Positions 1 through 8,040 of a DNA stretch of 30,585 nt are shown one piece after another. Under the pieces are notes generated by a model that was not told the origin of the DNA, ran no database searches, and saw nothing but the letters and a program-made list of their open reading frames with translations. The stretch covers positions 1 to 30,585 of the IMG/VR virus record IMGVR_UViG_2728369593_000008; one strand, written 5' to 3'. Each line of letters begins with the position of its first letter. The stretch's first letter is position 1. Both the position numbers and the translations under genes were made by a program. The DNA is from a virus (lineage: Duplodnaviria > Heunggongvirae > Uroviricota > Caudoviricetes).

Positions 1-795
1 GTCATTGATGGTATTGAAGTTCGTCGTGATGCTTATGGACGTTACAGCCTGAACGATCTGCATCGCGCAGCAGTAGCATCTGGTGCAAATGCCAGAACCA
101 AGGAGCCAGGAAAGTTTCTTTCCAGCCAACAAACTGTTGAGCTTGTTCATGAATTGACCAACACCCAGAATTTGGGTGTTGACCCGGTGAGTGTGATTCA
201 TGGGGGAAATGAACGGGGAACGTATGTCTGCAAGGAACTGGTGTATGCCTATGCAATGTGGATCAGCCCGTCATTCCATCTGAAGGTGATCCGTACTTTC
301 GATATGGTAACCAGCGCACCGGAAAAATTATCCGGGCAGGCTGCTGACAAGATGCAGGCTGGAGTGATTCTGCTGGACTTTATGCGCAGGGAGTTAAACC
401 TGTCTAACTCTTCAGTGCTTGGTGCCTGTCAGAAACTCCAGGAGGCTGTTGGCTTACCGAATCTGGCACCGCGCTATGCCATTGATGCTCCTGCTGATGC
501 ACTCGATGGCTCAAGCCGCCCTACGCTATCATTGAGTGCACTGCTGAAGCAGTATGGTATCCGCCTTACGGCTAATCAGGCATATCACCAGATGGTGAAG
601 CTGGGGATCGTCGAACAGCGCGAACGATACAGCCGTACCGCGATTAACAACATCAAAAAATTCTGGTCGCTGACAGCGAAAGGCTGCATGTTCGGCAAGA
701 ACATCACCAGTCCCGCAAATCCGCGCGAGACGCAGCCGCACTTCTTCGAATCCCGATTCCCTGAGCTGTTAAAGCTGCTCGATACCGTACATTGA
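1..795 (+). CDS. KilA-N domain protein (antirepressor-like), 5' partial
   Basis: Frame 1 is open from base 1; the translation VIDGIEVRRDAYGRYSLNDLHRAAVASG...ELVHEL has the KilA-N signature, so the gene starts at or just upstream of the window edge. Stop at 793-795. Confidence 0.6.
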   Translation, partial: VIDGIEVRRDAYGRYSLNDLHRAAVASGANARTKEPGKFLSSQQTVELVHELTNTQNLGVDPVSVIHGGNERGTYVCKELVYAYAMWISPSFHLKVIRTFDMVTSAPEKLSGQAADKMQAGVILLDFMRRELNLSNSSVLGACQKLQEAVGLPNLAPRYAIDAPADALDGSSRPTLSLSALLKQYGIRLTANQAYHQMVKLGIVEQRERYSRTAINNIKKFWSLTAKGCMFGKNITSPANPRETQPHFFESRFPELLKLLDTVH

Positions 796-796
796 G

Positions 797-1792
797 GTGA
801 CCGTGAGAGCACTACTGACCCCTGAAATTGCCCCACGTATGGGGATCGTATTGTTCAGACCAGGTTCAGAGCTGATGCCCCTGTTTATGCAGGGACGTGT
901 CCTGCTGGAGCCTGAGCCGGAACATTATTCATCTTTCGCCAGTGGTGCCGTTCCCGCGGCATCACAACCGCTGGCGGATGATCCTGCCGTTCGGGCCGTG
1001 TTCCGCAATGAGGCAGTGATTCGTCGTGCGGGTGGCGTGGAATGTCTTGAAAGCTGGTTACTTCGTGAAAAAGGCTGCCAGTGGCCTCATTCCGACTGGC
1101 ACAGCGAGAACATGACCACAATGCGACACGCGCCGGGCGCAATCCGTCTGTGCTGGCACTGCGATAACCAGCTGCGCGATCAGTTCACGGAACGGCTGGA
1201 ATCAATGGCAACGGATAACTGTACCCGCTGGGTGTTGTCTGTTGTGCGTCGGGATCTCGGTTTTGATGACAGTCACGTTGTGACAATGCCGGAACTGTGC
1301 TGGTGGCTGATTCGTAATGACCTGGCGGATGCCTTACCGGAAAGTGCAGCCCGTAAGGCACTGAGATTACCAAAGCCTGTTGTGCCGTCTGTCACCCGGG
1401 AAAGTGACCTTGTGCCTTCGGTTCCTGCCACCAGCATCATCCAGGATAAAGCGAAAAAGGTGCTGGCGCTGAAAGTGGATCCGGAGTCGCCGGAGTCTTT
1501 TATGTTACGCCCAAAACGTCGCCGCTGGGTTAATGAAAAGTACACGCGCTGGGTTAAGACACAGCCGTGTGCATGTTGTGGAAAGCCCGCTGATGATCCC
1601 CACCACCTGATAGGTCACGGTCAGGGTGGAATGGGAACAAAAGCGCATGACCTTTTTGTGTTGCCTTTGTGCAGAAAGCATCACGACGAGCTGCATGCGG
1701 ATACCGTGGCATTTGAAGATAAGTATGGCTCCCAGCTGGAGCTGATATTTCGTTTTATCGATCGTGCGCTGGCAATTGGCGTACTGGCGTAA
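797..1792 (+). CDS. DUF968-family phage protein with C-terminal Cys/His zinc-finger (HNH-like) motif
   Basis: 331-aa ORF; C-terminus PCACCGKPADDPHHLIGHGQGGMGTKAHDLFVLPLCRKHHDELH matches the conserved DUF968 block of lambdoid nin-region proteins. Start is uncertain (GTG at 797 or ATG at 839). Confidence 0.6.
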   Translation: MTVRALLTPEIAPRMGIVLFRPGSELMPLFMQGRVLLEPEPEHYSSFASGAVPAASQPLADDPAVRAVFRNEAVIRRAGGVECLESWLLREKGCQWPHSDWHSENMTTMRHAPGAIRLCWHCDNQLRDQFTERLESMATDNCTRWVLSVVRRDLGFDDSHVVTMPELCWWLIRNDLADALPESAARKALRLPKPVVPSVTRESDLVPSVPATSIIQDKAKKVLALKVDPESPESFMLRPKRRRWVNEKYTRWVKTQPCACCGKPADDPHHLIGHGQGGMGTKAHDLFVLPLCRKHHDELHADTVAFEDKYGSQLELIFRFIDRALAIGVLA

Positions 1793-1805
1793 GTGGAGAA
1801 CGAGC

Positions 1806-2558
1806 ATGAACCTTGAAGCCTTACCAAAATATTACTCCCCGAAATCTCCAAAACTGAGCGATGACGCACCGGCGACAGGCTCTGGTGGTTTAACGATTAC
1901 GGATGTGATGGCTGCGCAGGGGATGGTGCAGTCGAAAGCACCACTGGGTTTTGCCTTATTCCTGGCAAAAGTTGGTGTTCAGGATCCTCAGTTTGCGATT
2001 GAAGGTCTGCTCAATTACGCGATGGCACTGGATAACCCGACATTGAATAAATTGAGTGAAGAAACCCGGTTACAGATCATTCCTTACCTTGTGAATTTTG
2101 CCTTTGCTGATTATTCCAGGTCTGCGGCAAGTAAGGCTCGCTGTGAGCATTGTGCTGGTACTGGATTTCATAATGTATTGCGCGAAGTGGTGAAACACTC
2201 CAGAAGCGGGGAATCTGTTATCAAGGAAGAGTGGGTAAAGGAACTGTGTCAGCATTGCCATGGTAAGGGAGAAGTCAGCACAGCGTGCAGAGGGTGTAAG
2301 GGTAAAGGTATTGTCCTGGATGAACAAAGAACCCGGCTTCATGGCACGCCTGTTTATAAGACTTGTGGGCGTTGCAATGGAAACCGGTTTAGCCGTTTAC
2401 CGACTACACTGGCACGACGTCATGTCCAGAAGCTGGTTCCAGACCTGACTGATTATCAGTGGTACAAAGGATATGCAGACGTAATTGATAAACTAGTAAC
2501 AAAGTGCTGGCAGGAAGAAGCATATGCTGAAACACAATTGAGAAAGGTGACGAGATAA
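1806..2558 (+). CDS. Late-gene antitermination protein Q (long, Qin-prophage QuuQ-like type)
   Basis: Several CxxC pairs (CEHCAGTG, CQHCHGKG, CRGCKGKG, CGRCNG) typical of the phage Q family; position just upstream of the lysis cassette. ATG at 1806 is preceded by GGAG; the longer ORF begins at 1764. Confidence 0.7.
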   Translation: MNLEALPKYYSPKSPKLSDDAPATGSGGLTITDVMAAQGMVQSKAPLGFALFLAKVGVQDPQFAIEGLLNYAMALDNPTLNKLSEETRLQIIPYLVNFAFADYSRSAASKARCEHCAGTGFHNVLREVVKHSRSGESVIKEEWVKELCQHCHGKGEVSTACRGCKGKGIVLDEQRTRLHGTPVYKTCGRCNGNRFSRLPTTLARRHVQKLVPDLTDYQWYKGYADVIDKLVTKCWQEEAYAETQLRKVTR

Positions 2559-3126
2559 GTGATTTTCGCCGAAGATAGCGACATGAAGCTTGCATTTTTC
2601 AAAAAATATGGATAAGATTTTCTCAACGATGGGCTTTGTATGTCTGCCGTTGAGAATCTTCAAGAACCCGCCATCAAGTAGGTATTTTGTTATCCAAATA
2701 TCAGTTCTGAATAGTCTTAGTAGCTTCTTGATAAACATAAAAAAGTACTTGCTTTGAATGGCCGCCTTTTAGACAGGGCAGAGAGTACGATTGGTTGAAA
2801 AAAGCATAGTTCTTGGCGGTAGGTTTTATTTTAGTCTCTCATCTATGTATCTAGGGAAGTATGTGATTACCTTCAGGAATTATATCCTGTGTTTCATATG
2901 ATTACATGGGAGCAAGGGACGCCAACTTTATAACAATTCTTATGCCCAGCCACTATATATAGATAAAAAAAATCCGCATCATCCCGTATATTGTTTTTGA
3001 TTTCTTTTTGCTATATATGTTGTGTTTTTTATGCCTTTATTGCATATGTGATTAATGTGCTTGTTGTTATATTCAATACGATGCCAAGGGATTTGGGACG
3101 TGTATATCCAATAAATTGGCAGATTT
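2559..3126 (+). promoter_or_regulatory. ~570-bp AT-rich non-coding region downstream of Q; expected site of the late promoter/qut element and/or a promoter for the cargo cassette
   Basis: No convincing ORF; candidate -35/-10 pair TTGCAT-17 bp-TAAGAT near 2591-2619; inverted repeat CTCAACG/CGTTGAG at 2622-2654; A/T tracts and TATATA runs throughout. Confidence 0.3.
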
Positions 3127-3153
3127 TTGTTAATTACTTGGGTAGCGTATTGT

Positions 3154-3594
3154 ATGACTAAAAATGCACAGCAGGTTCTTGAAGACTCTGCCCAACAGAT
3201 TTTTCCCGATTATTTTCCTGCAGATGTTCCTCCAAAAGAGTCCTTGGATGCTGAAGGGGTTTTTTATCGCTTAGCCAGAAATAATCCACCTGGGAAAGCT
3301 TGTTTTTTAAACATGAAAGAAGAAAACCCAAAAAGAATGAAAAAGTTCCAAGGGTTACAATTGAAATGCTGCTATGGTGTTTCTATGTTCATGGACGAAA
3401 CATCACTGGTAAATGTATTTAATAAATTTCCTGAAGGAATAGGTGAAAGGTTTATTGCTAAAGGCGAGTTGAATCCACAGGATGGAAGAATGCTAAAAAC
3501 AGGAGCTCCTGATTCGACTCATTTTACCATTTGGCTTTGTAAAGATGCTCGAGTTCATGAAAAATTCACCTGTATAAGAGAGGTGGTTAGATGA
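3154..3594 (+). CDS. Hypothetical protein, cargo gene A of the Q-to-holin cassette (no recognisable family)
   Basis: ORF 3127..3594 with first ATG at 3154; visibly AT-rich and rich in Lys/Asn/Phe; stop overlaps the start of the next gene (ATGA at 3591-3594). Confidence 0.55.
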   Translation: MTKNAQQVLEDSAQQIFPDYFPADVPPKESLDAEGVFYRLARNNPPGKACFLNMKEENPKRMKKFQGLQLKCCYGVSMFMDETSLVNVFNKFPEGIGERFIAKGELNPQDGRMLKTGAPDSTHFTIWLCKDARVHEKFTCIREVVR

Positions 3595-4880
3595 GCAATA
3601 TTTTTTTGGAAGATAGTGTGTTCGGCACATTATATATGCAAAAAATTTATGAGTTCTTCGAAGAGCCAAAACTTTTCTCTGTGTCTAATGAAATAAATAG
3701 CATGTTTGTTGTCTATTGGATTGGCGACGAAGAAGATTATGATAAATGGATTATCATACCGATTTCAAAAGATAGGTTGGAGCACTTCGAGCGTAAAAGA
3801 ATTGATATTAGAAGTGTTTTAGTGTATCAAGAACAAAAGCTTTGCTATCAGTTTAATATTTACTATGAAGATAATCATGTTGATGAAATAAAAATAAATG
3901 TTTCTGAGTTAAATGAGAAGATAAAAATTCCAGAACCTAACTTATATATTAGTAGTGTTCTTCCTGTATTACCTAATGGTAAAATTGGAAAGGAGGTGGA
4001 ATTCTCTACGCATGAGATTCATGTGGAGAAAACAGCAACTTCTGTGGAACCCTTGGTTTTAAAAGGCGTCTCGAAGCTTTTTGAGTGTTTTAATGATTTC
4101 TATTCATCAATATTAGCTGCATTTGATGAAAAAGATGTAATGAGTCCAGTATCTGGACGTCCTGGTTCATTTGTTCTTTCATTCAAGGCAGATAAAATGC
4201 AGCAAATTGAACCATTGCTGAAAAAACTAAATGAGCTGATTCTATCAAGAAAAGATATTATTGGTTTTGTTAAACAGAATAATATCGATGTTCAGATGTT
4301 ATCTGCTTTATTTGAAAGTGTGATAGAGACAAGTTCATGTTTTGAACTAAAAAGTAATGTGACTGATGATGTTATTCTTAGAGTCAGAAAAACTGATGCT
4401 GAGTTCTATTCTGGCACATTGATTAAAATGGCTACTCAAGTTGTTAGTAGTTATCAGGTACCGCAGGCTAACCTAATTGAACAAGTGTTTAAGATAGTTG
4501 AATTAAAATGGCAAGAGAAGCATCTGAACCTGATTAGTACTGGTCTGGATAATCGACATATATTGTATTATATTCATGCGGCCAAAATACTTGGGTTACT
4601 AAATAGTAATGGTTCTGTTTCAGCTCTTGGTCAGCAATTGGTTGAATCTGACTATGATAAGAGACTAAGAATCGCTGCACGCGGTTTTGAAACAAGTCAT
4701 TGCGGGTGGGCGTGGATTACCTGGAGTCAAGCTAAAAATCTTTCTGAGCTCGATCCACTTACAGCTGAACGATTTTTGCAAGATAGATGTATATCTCTCA
4801 GCTCCAAAACAATAAAGAGAAGGGCTTCTACTTTAAGGCAGTGGTGTGAAAAATTGCAACCTGCTTATCAGGAGCTCTGA
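3591..4880 (+). CDS. Hypothetical 429-aa protein, cargo gene B (no recognisable family)
   Basis: Long uninterrupted AT-rich ORF; GAGGTGG RBS about 6 nt upstream of the ATG; translationally coupled to gene A; followed by two hairpins. Confidence 0.65.
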   Translation: MSNIFLEDSVFGTLYMQKIYEFFEEPKLFSVSNEINSMFVVYWIGDEEDYDKWIIIPISKDRLEHFERKRIDIRSVLVYQEQKLCYQFNIYYEDNHVDEIKINVSELNEKIKIPEPNLYISSVLPVLPNGKIGKEVEFSTHEIHVEKTATSVEPLVLKGVSKLFECFNDFYSSILAAFDEKDVMSPVSGRPGSFVLSFKADKMQQIEPLLKKLNELILSRKDIIGFVKQNNIDVQMLSALFESVIETSSCFELKSNVTDDVILRVRKTDAEFYSGTLIKMATQVVSSYQVPQANLIEQVFKIVELKWQEKHLNLISTGLDNRHILYYIHAAKILGLLNSNGSVSALGQQLVESDYDKRLRIAARGFETSHCGWAWITWSQAKNLSELDPLTAERFLQDRCISLSSKTIKRRASTLRQWCEKLQPAYQEL

Positions 4881-4953
4881 AGGATATGATGATTATCTTC
4901 TTTTTGGAAGAAGATAATGTAAATTTGATTTTATTATAACACTCTACCTAAAT

Positions 4954-4980
4954 AAAAGGCTCGCACAGGCGAGCCTTTTC
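4954..4980 (+). terminator. Rho-independent terminator after the cargo cassette (A-tract upstream, so possibly bidirectional)
   Basis: AAAAGGCTCGC-ACAG-GCGAGCCTTTTCC: 7-bp GC-rich stem, 4-nt loop, T-run. A second AT-rich hairpin (11-bp stem ATTATCTTCTT/AAGAAGATAAT) lies at 4892-4918. Confidence 0.6.
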
Positions 4981-5060
4981 CATGTCTCAATCTGATTCAA
5001 CTATTTTATTTAACTTTTTATATGTCGCCTGCATAACTTACGAGGTGAGAGACGATATTC

Positions 5061-5396
5061 ATGCCCCATAATCCAAACACATGGCCGGATTGGCTGGAGA
5101 TTTTCCAGAGCTGGTGGCGTGGAGATACGCCTCTTGGCGCAGTGATTATGTCGATCGTTATGGCTGGTTTGCGTATTGCTTATTTTGGTGGTGGTGGTGG
5201 CTGGAAACGAAAAACGCTCGAGATTTTGCTCTGTGGTGCTCTGACGCTGACTTTTGCATCCGCTCTTGAGTATGTCGGATGGCCTAAATCGCTTTCTGTT
5301 GCCATTGGTGGCGGCGTTGGGCTGATCGGTGTCGATGCTATTCGTGGGGCTGCAATGCGAGTAATCGGTAACAAATTTGGTAGCTCGAAGGAGTAA
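5061..5396 (+). CDS. Putative holin
   Basis: 111-aa protein with hydrophobic helices and a charged C-terminus, immediately upstream of the endolysin; GAGGTGAG RBS. Not lambda S-like in sequence. Confidence 0.6.
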   Translation: MPHNPNTWPDWLEIFQSWWRGDTPLGAVIMSIVMAGLRIAYFGGGGGWKRKTLEILLCGALTLTFASALEYVGWPKSLSVAIGGGVGLIGVDAIRGAAMRVIGNKFGSSKE

Positions 5397-5399
5397 TTT

Positions 5400-5876
5400 A
5401 TGCAGGAACTAAATCCCCAGCGTAAAGCTTTCCTAGATATGGTGGCCTGGTCAGAAGGAACGGATAACGGGCGACAACCGACACGTAACCACGGTTATGA
5501 TGTTATTGTCGGTGGTGAACTGTTTACTGATTACTCCGATCACCCTCGCAAACTTGTCACGCTAAACCCAAAACTCAAATCAACAGCAGCCGGACGTTAC
5601 CAGCTTCTTTCCCGTTGGTGGGATTCCTATCGTAAGCAGCTTGGCCTGAAAGACTTCTCTCCGAAAAGCCAAGACGCTGTGGCATTGCAGCAGATTAAAG
5701 AGCGTGGCGCTTTACCGATGATTGATCGCGGTGATATCCGTCAGGCTATCGATCGTTGCAGCAATATCTGGGCGTCGTTACCTGGTGCAGGTTATGGTCA
5801 GTATGAACATAAAATCAGTGACCTGATTTCCCGGTTTAAAGAGGCTGGTGGGGTGGTAAATGAAGTTGAGCTATAA
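5400..5876 (+). CDS. R: Endolysin, lambda R-type lytic transglycosylase
   Basis: Translation is close to the lambda R sequence as I recall it (NQRKAFLDM.AWSEGTDNGRQ.TRNHGYDVIVGGELFTDYSDHPRKLVTLNPKLKST.AGRYQLLSRWWD.YRKQLGLKDFSPKSQDAVALQQIKERGALPMIDRGDIRQAIDRCSNIWASLPGAGYGQ); GGAG RBS. Confidence 0.9.
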   Translation: MQELNPQRKAFLDMVAWSEGTDNGRQPTRNHGYDVIVGGELFTDYSDHPRKLVTLNPKLKSTAAGRYQLLSRWWDSYRKQLGLKDFSPKSQDAVALQQIKERGALPMIDRGDIRQAIDRCSNIWASLPGAGYGQYEHKISDLISRFKEAGGVVNEVEL

Positions 5877-6252
5877 GCTGGTTATCGCTGGTTTCTTCGT
5901 TACTGTCATTGGTTCTTTCATCTGGTCGGCCAACCACTACTACAGCAAATATCAGTACGAAAAGAAACGTGCTGATGAGGCTGTACGAAATGCTGAATCA
6001 GCAACTGCCATTACCAATAACGTCCTGCAATCACTGCAAATCGTCAATACAGTTCTGGAGGCTAACCAGCATGCAAAAGAGCAGATCGCACTGGAGTCAC
6101 AGAGAACCCAGGAAGATATCAAAGTGGCTGTTGCGGATGATGATTGTGCTTCACGTCCTGTTCCTGCTGCCGCTGCTGACCGGTTGCGGAAGTACGCGGA
6201 CAGTTTACGTGAACACTCCGGCGGTACCACTGCCAGCCAGCCTGACTTCTGA
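5860..6252 (+). CDS. Rz: Rz-type i-spanin
   Basis: N-terminal transmembrane anchor followed by a charged, helical periplasmic domain; start overlaps the endolysin 3' end. Confidence 0.75.
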   Translation: MKLSYKLVIAGFFVTVIGSFIWSANHYYSKYQYEKKRADEAVRNAESATAITNNVLQSLQIVNTVLEANQHAKEQIALESQRTQEDIKVAVADDDCASRPVPAAAADRLRKYADSLREHSGGTTASQPDF

Positions 6253-6388
6253 AACACCGATTCCAGTTGTACCTAGTCCACTGACATATGGTGCTAGCTT
6301 GGAACTGAATGCGAGTTTGTTATCTGCATTAGCGCAATGCAATAGAGATAAAAAGGATATTCTAAAAATAGGATATCAAAATGAATAA
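6137..6388 (+). CDS. Rz1: Rz1-type o-spanin lipoprotein (overlapped architecture)
   Basis: Begins in the +1 frame inside Rz with MMIVLHVLFLLPLLTGC (lipobox LLTGC); proline-rich mature part; extends past the Rz stop. Confidence 0.7.
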   Translation: MMIVLHVLFLLPLLTGCGSTRTVYVNTPAVPLPASLTSETPIPVVPSPLTYGASLELNASLLSALAQCNRDKKDILKIGYQNE

Positions 6389-6454
6389 ATATTTTCCGGA
6401 AAATGATTATAACTGTGCTATAAATATAATCACCAAATAATATAAAGGTGAGTT

Positions 6455-6964
6455 ATGGAAAGGTTTATAAAATCAATTGAATCTTCAATTGAAAGTGAGA
6501 ATTGGTTAGCGGCATTGTTTATGGCTCTTGCTATGCCTGATATTTGCAGGAGCGTTGAACGTCCCAAAATAGGTAAGGGTGAAACAGGGAAATGGTATAA
6601 AGATTGGGTTTCTCGTTATCTTGAAAATAAATATACATCCGGTACACATGAACAGTGTCGATTTTATGCGGATGATTTTTGGCTGTATCGTTGTTCTTGT
6701 TTACATGCTGGACAGGATCCAGAGAACAGGAAAAGAATGATGCAGTTTAATTTTACACCACCACCTAGGCAAAATTGCCAAGTGCATTTAAATCACTTAA
6801 ATGGCAAACTTCAGTTGCAAATAGATGTGTTTTGTCGAGACATGATTGAGGCAGTCAATCAATGGCGTACTGAGGTCGAGGATACGCCAGAAATTAAGGC
6901 TCGTATGGATTCTCTGATAAATATATCATTAGCATCTTTTGGAACATTCATTTCATTTGGTTAA
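6455..6964 (+). CDS. Hypothetical 169-aa protein, AT-rich moron between lysis and packaging genes (no recognisable family)
   Basis: Isolated ORF with AAAGGTGAG RBS, a candidate extended -10 (TGCTATAAA near 6416-6424) upstream and a hairpin downstream; AT-rich compared with flanking genes. Confidence 0.6.
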   Translation: MERFIKSIESSIESENWLAALFMALAMPDICRSVERPKIGKGETGKWYKDWVSRYLENKYTSGTHEQCRFYADDFWLYRCSCLHAGQDPENRKRMMQFNFTPPPRQNCQVHLNHLNGKLQLQIDVFCRDMIEAVNQWRTEVEDTPEIKARMDSLINISLASFGTFISFG

Positions 6965-6971
6965 ATATATT

Positions 6972-7015
6972 AATGAAGTGAATTTTACAGTGGGTACTAA
7001 AAGGTTCACTTCATT
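6972..7015 (+). terminator. Hairpin / putative terminator after the 6455..6964 moron
   Basis: 11-bp inverted repeat AATGAAGTGAA (6972-6982) / TTCACTTCATT (7005-7015); the loop is long, so stability is uncertain. Confidence 0.35.
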
Positions 7016-7069
7016 TAATGATTTCCCTAAAACAAATTTTTTTAGAGGAAACTATTTAGGACATTAATA

Positions 7070-7420
7070 ATGCCCCCTCGAACCCCAAAAGCCTGCCGCG
7101 TTCGCGGTTGCCGCCATACCACTACTGATCCGTCAGGCTACTGCGAAAGCCACAAAAGCGAAGGCTGGAAGCAATACAAGCCAGGTCAGTCCCGTCATCA
7201 GCGCGGTTATGGTTCGAAGTGGGACGGTATCCGCGTGCGCGTCCTGAAGCGTGACAAAGGTTTATGTCAGTTATGTCTGCGTGCTGGTGTGGTGCGTGAG
7301 GCGAAAACTGTTGACCACATCATCCCTAAAGCGCATGGCGGCACTGATGCCGACTGTAATCTGCAGAGTCTGTGCTGGCCGTGTCATAAGGCGAAGACGG
7401 CCCGTGAACGGTTGAAGTGA
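7070..7420 (+). CDS. HNH endonuclease (packaging-associated, HK97 gp74-like)
   Basis: Cys-rich N-terminus (CRVRGCRH...CESH) and HNH core (VDHIIPKAHGG...NLQSLCWPCHKAKT); sits directly upstream of the small terminase, as in HK97-like phages. Confidence 0.85.
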   Translation: MPPRTPKACRVRGCRHTTTDPSGYCESHKSEGWKQYKPGQSRHQRGYGSKWDGIRVRVLKRDKGLCQLCLRAGVVREAKTVDHIIPKAHGGTDADCNLQSLCWPCHKAKTARERLK

Positions 7421-7545
7421 TAATGATTCTCAACTGCCTGAGGGGAGGGGCGGGTCAAATCCCTGCGGCCTGACGTCTTCCGGACTGCCCGCCCCATCGT
7501 TTTTTTATACCCGCAAAAAATGAAATTTAACCAGGAGTGCCGCAT

Positions 7546-8040
7546 ATGGCTGGAACGGCGGGGCGTTCCGGGCGTCGCCCCAAGCCAACGGCGCGCAAGG
7601 CGCTGGCCGGAAACCCCGGCAAGCGAGCCCTGAACAAAGATGAACCTGTTTTTACGCCCATCAAAGGTGTTGAGCCACCGGAGTGGTTCGCAGAAGAAGA
7701 TCTCCATCTCGCCACGATCATGTGGCAACTGACAACCAAAGAACTCTGCGGTCAGGGCCTGCTGTGCGTGACTGACCTCGCGGTACTTGAGCGGTGGTGC
7801 GTGGCCTACGAGTTCTGGCGACGTGCCGTGAAAAATATTGCCAGACAGGGCAACACCATCACCGGTGCAATGGGCGGCAGGGTCAAAAACCCGGAGCTGA
7901 CCGCCAAGAAAGAACAGGAGTCCGAGATGAGCAGCACGGGGGCAATGCTCGGACTCGACCCCAGCAGCCGCCAGCGTCTGATAGGCCTGGCGGGGCAGAA
8001 GAAAGCCACTAACCCGTTTCTGAAAATCATCGAATCATGA
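7546..8040 (+). CDS. Terminase small subunit (P27 / HK97 gp1 family)
   Basis: Arg/Lys-rich N-terminus ([14 protein letters not shown]...); AGGAG RBS upstream of ATG 7546 (the ORF track begins at GTG 7537); stop overlaps the large-terminase start. Confidence 0.8.
   Translation: MAGTAGRSGRRPKPTARKALAGNPGKRALNKDEPVFTPIKGVEPPEWFAEEDLHLATIMWQLTTKELCGQGLLCVTDLAVLERWCVAYEFWRRAVKNIARQGNTITGAMGGRVKNPELTAKKEQESEMSSTGAMLGLDPSSRQRLIGLAGQKKATNPFLKIIES

Noticed and set aside
2-256. 84-aa ORF on the - strand at the window start
   Set aside because: Lies entirely antisense within the KilA-N coding region; His/Pro-rich low-complexity translation and no RBS. Spurious.
2493-2738. 81-aa ORF on the - strand overlapping the Q 3' end and AT-rich leader
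   Set aside because: Low-complexity AT-rich translation (Phe/Ile/Leu/Lys), no RBS, overlaps the Q gene; more likely chance ORF in AT-rich DNA.
2559-3126. Possible tRNA genes in the Q-to-holin region (as in Stx phages)
   Set aside because: No cloverleaf-compatible sequence or GTTCGAAT-like T-loop motif found by eye; a tRNAscan run would be needed to exclude it formally.
3127-4880. Shiga-toxin-like stxAB at the Q-to-holin position
   Set aside because: Gene sizes (about 146 and 429 aa) and sequences do not match StxA (~315 aa) or StxB (~89 aa); no signal peptides evident. The location is analogous but the content is different.
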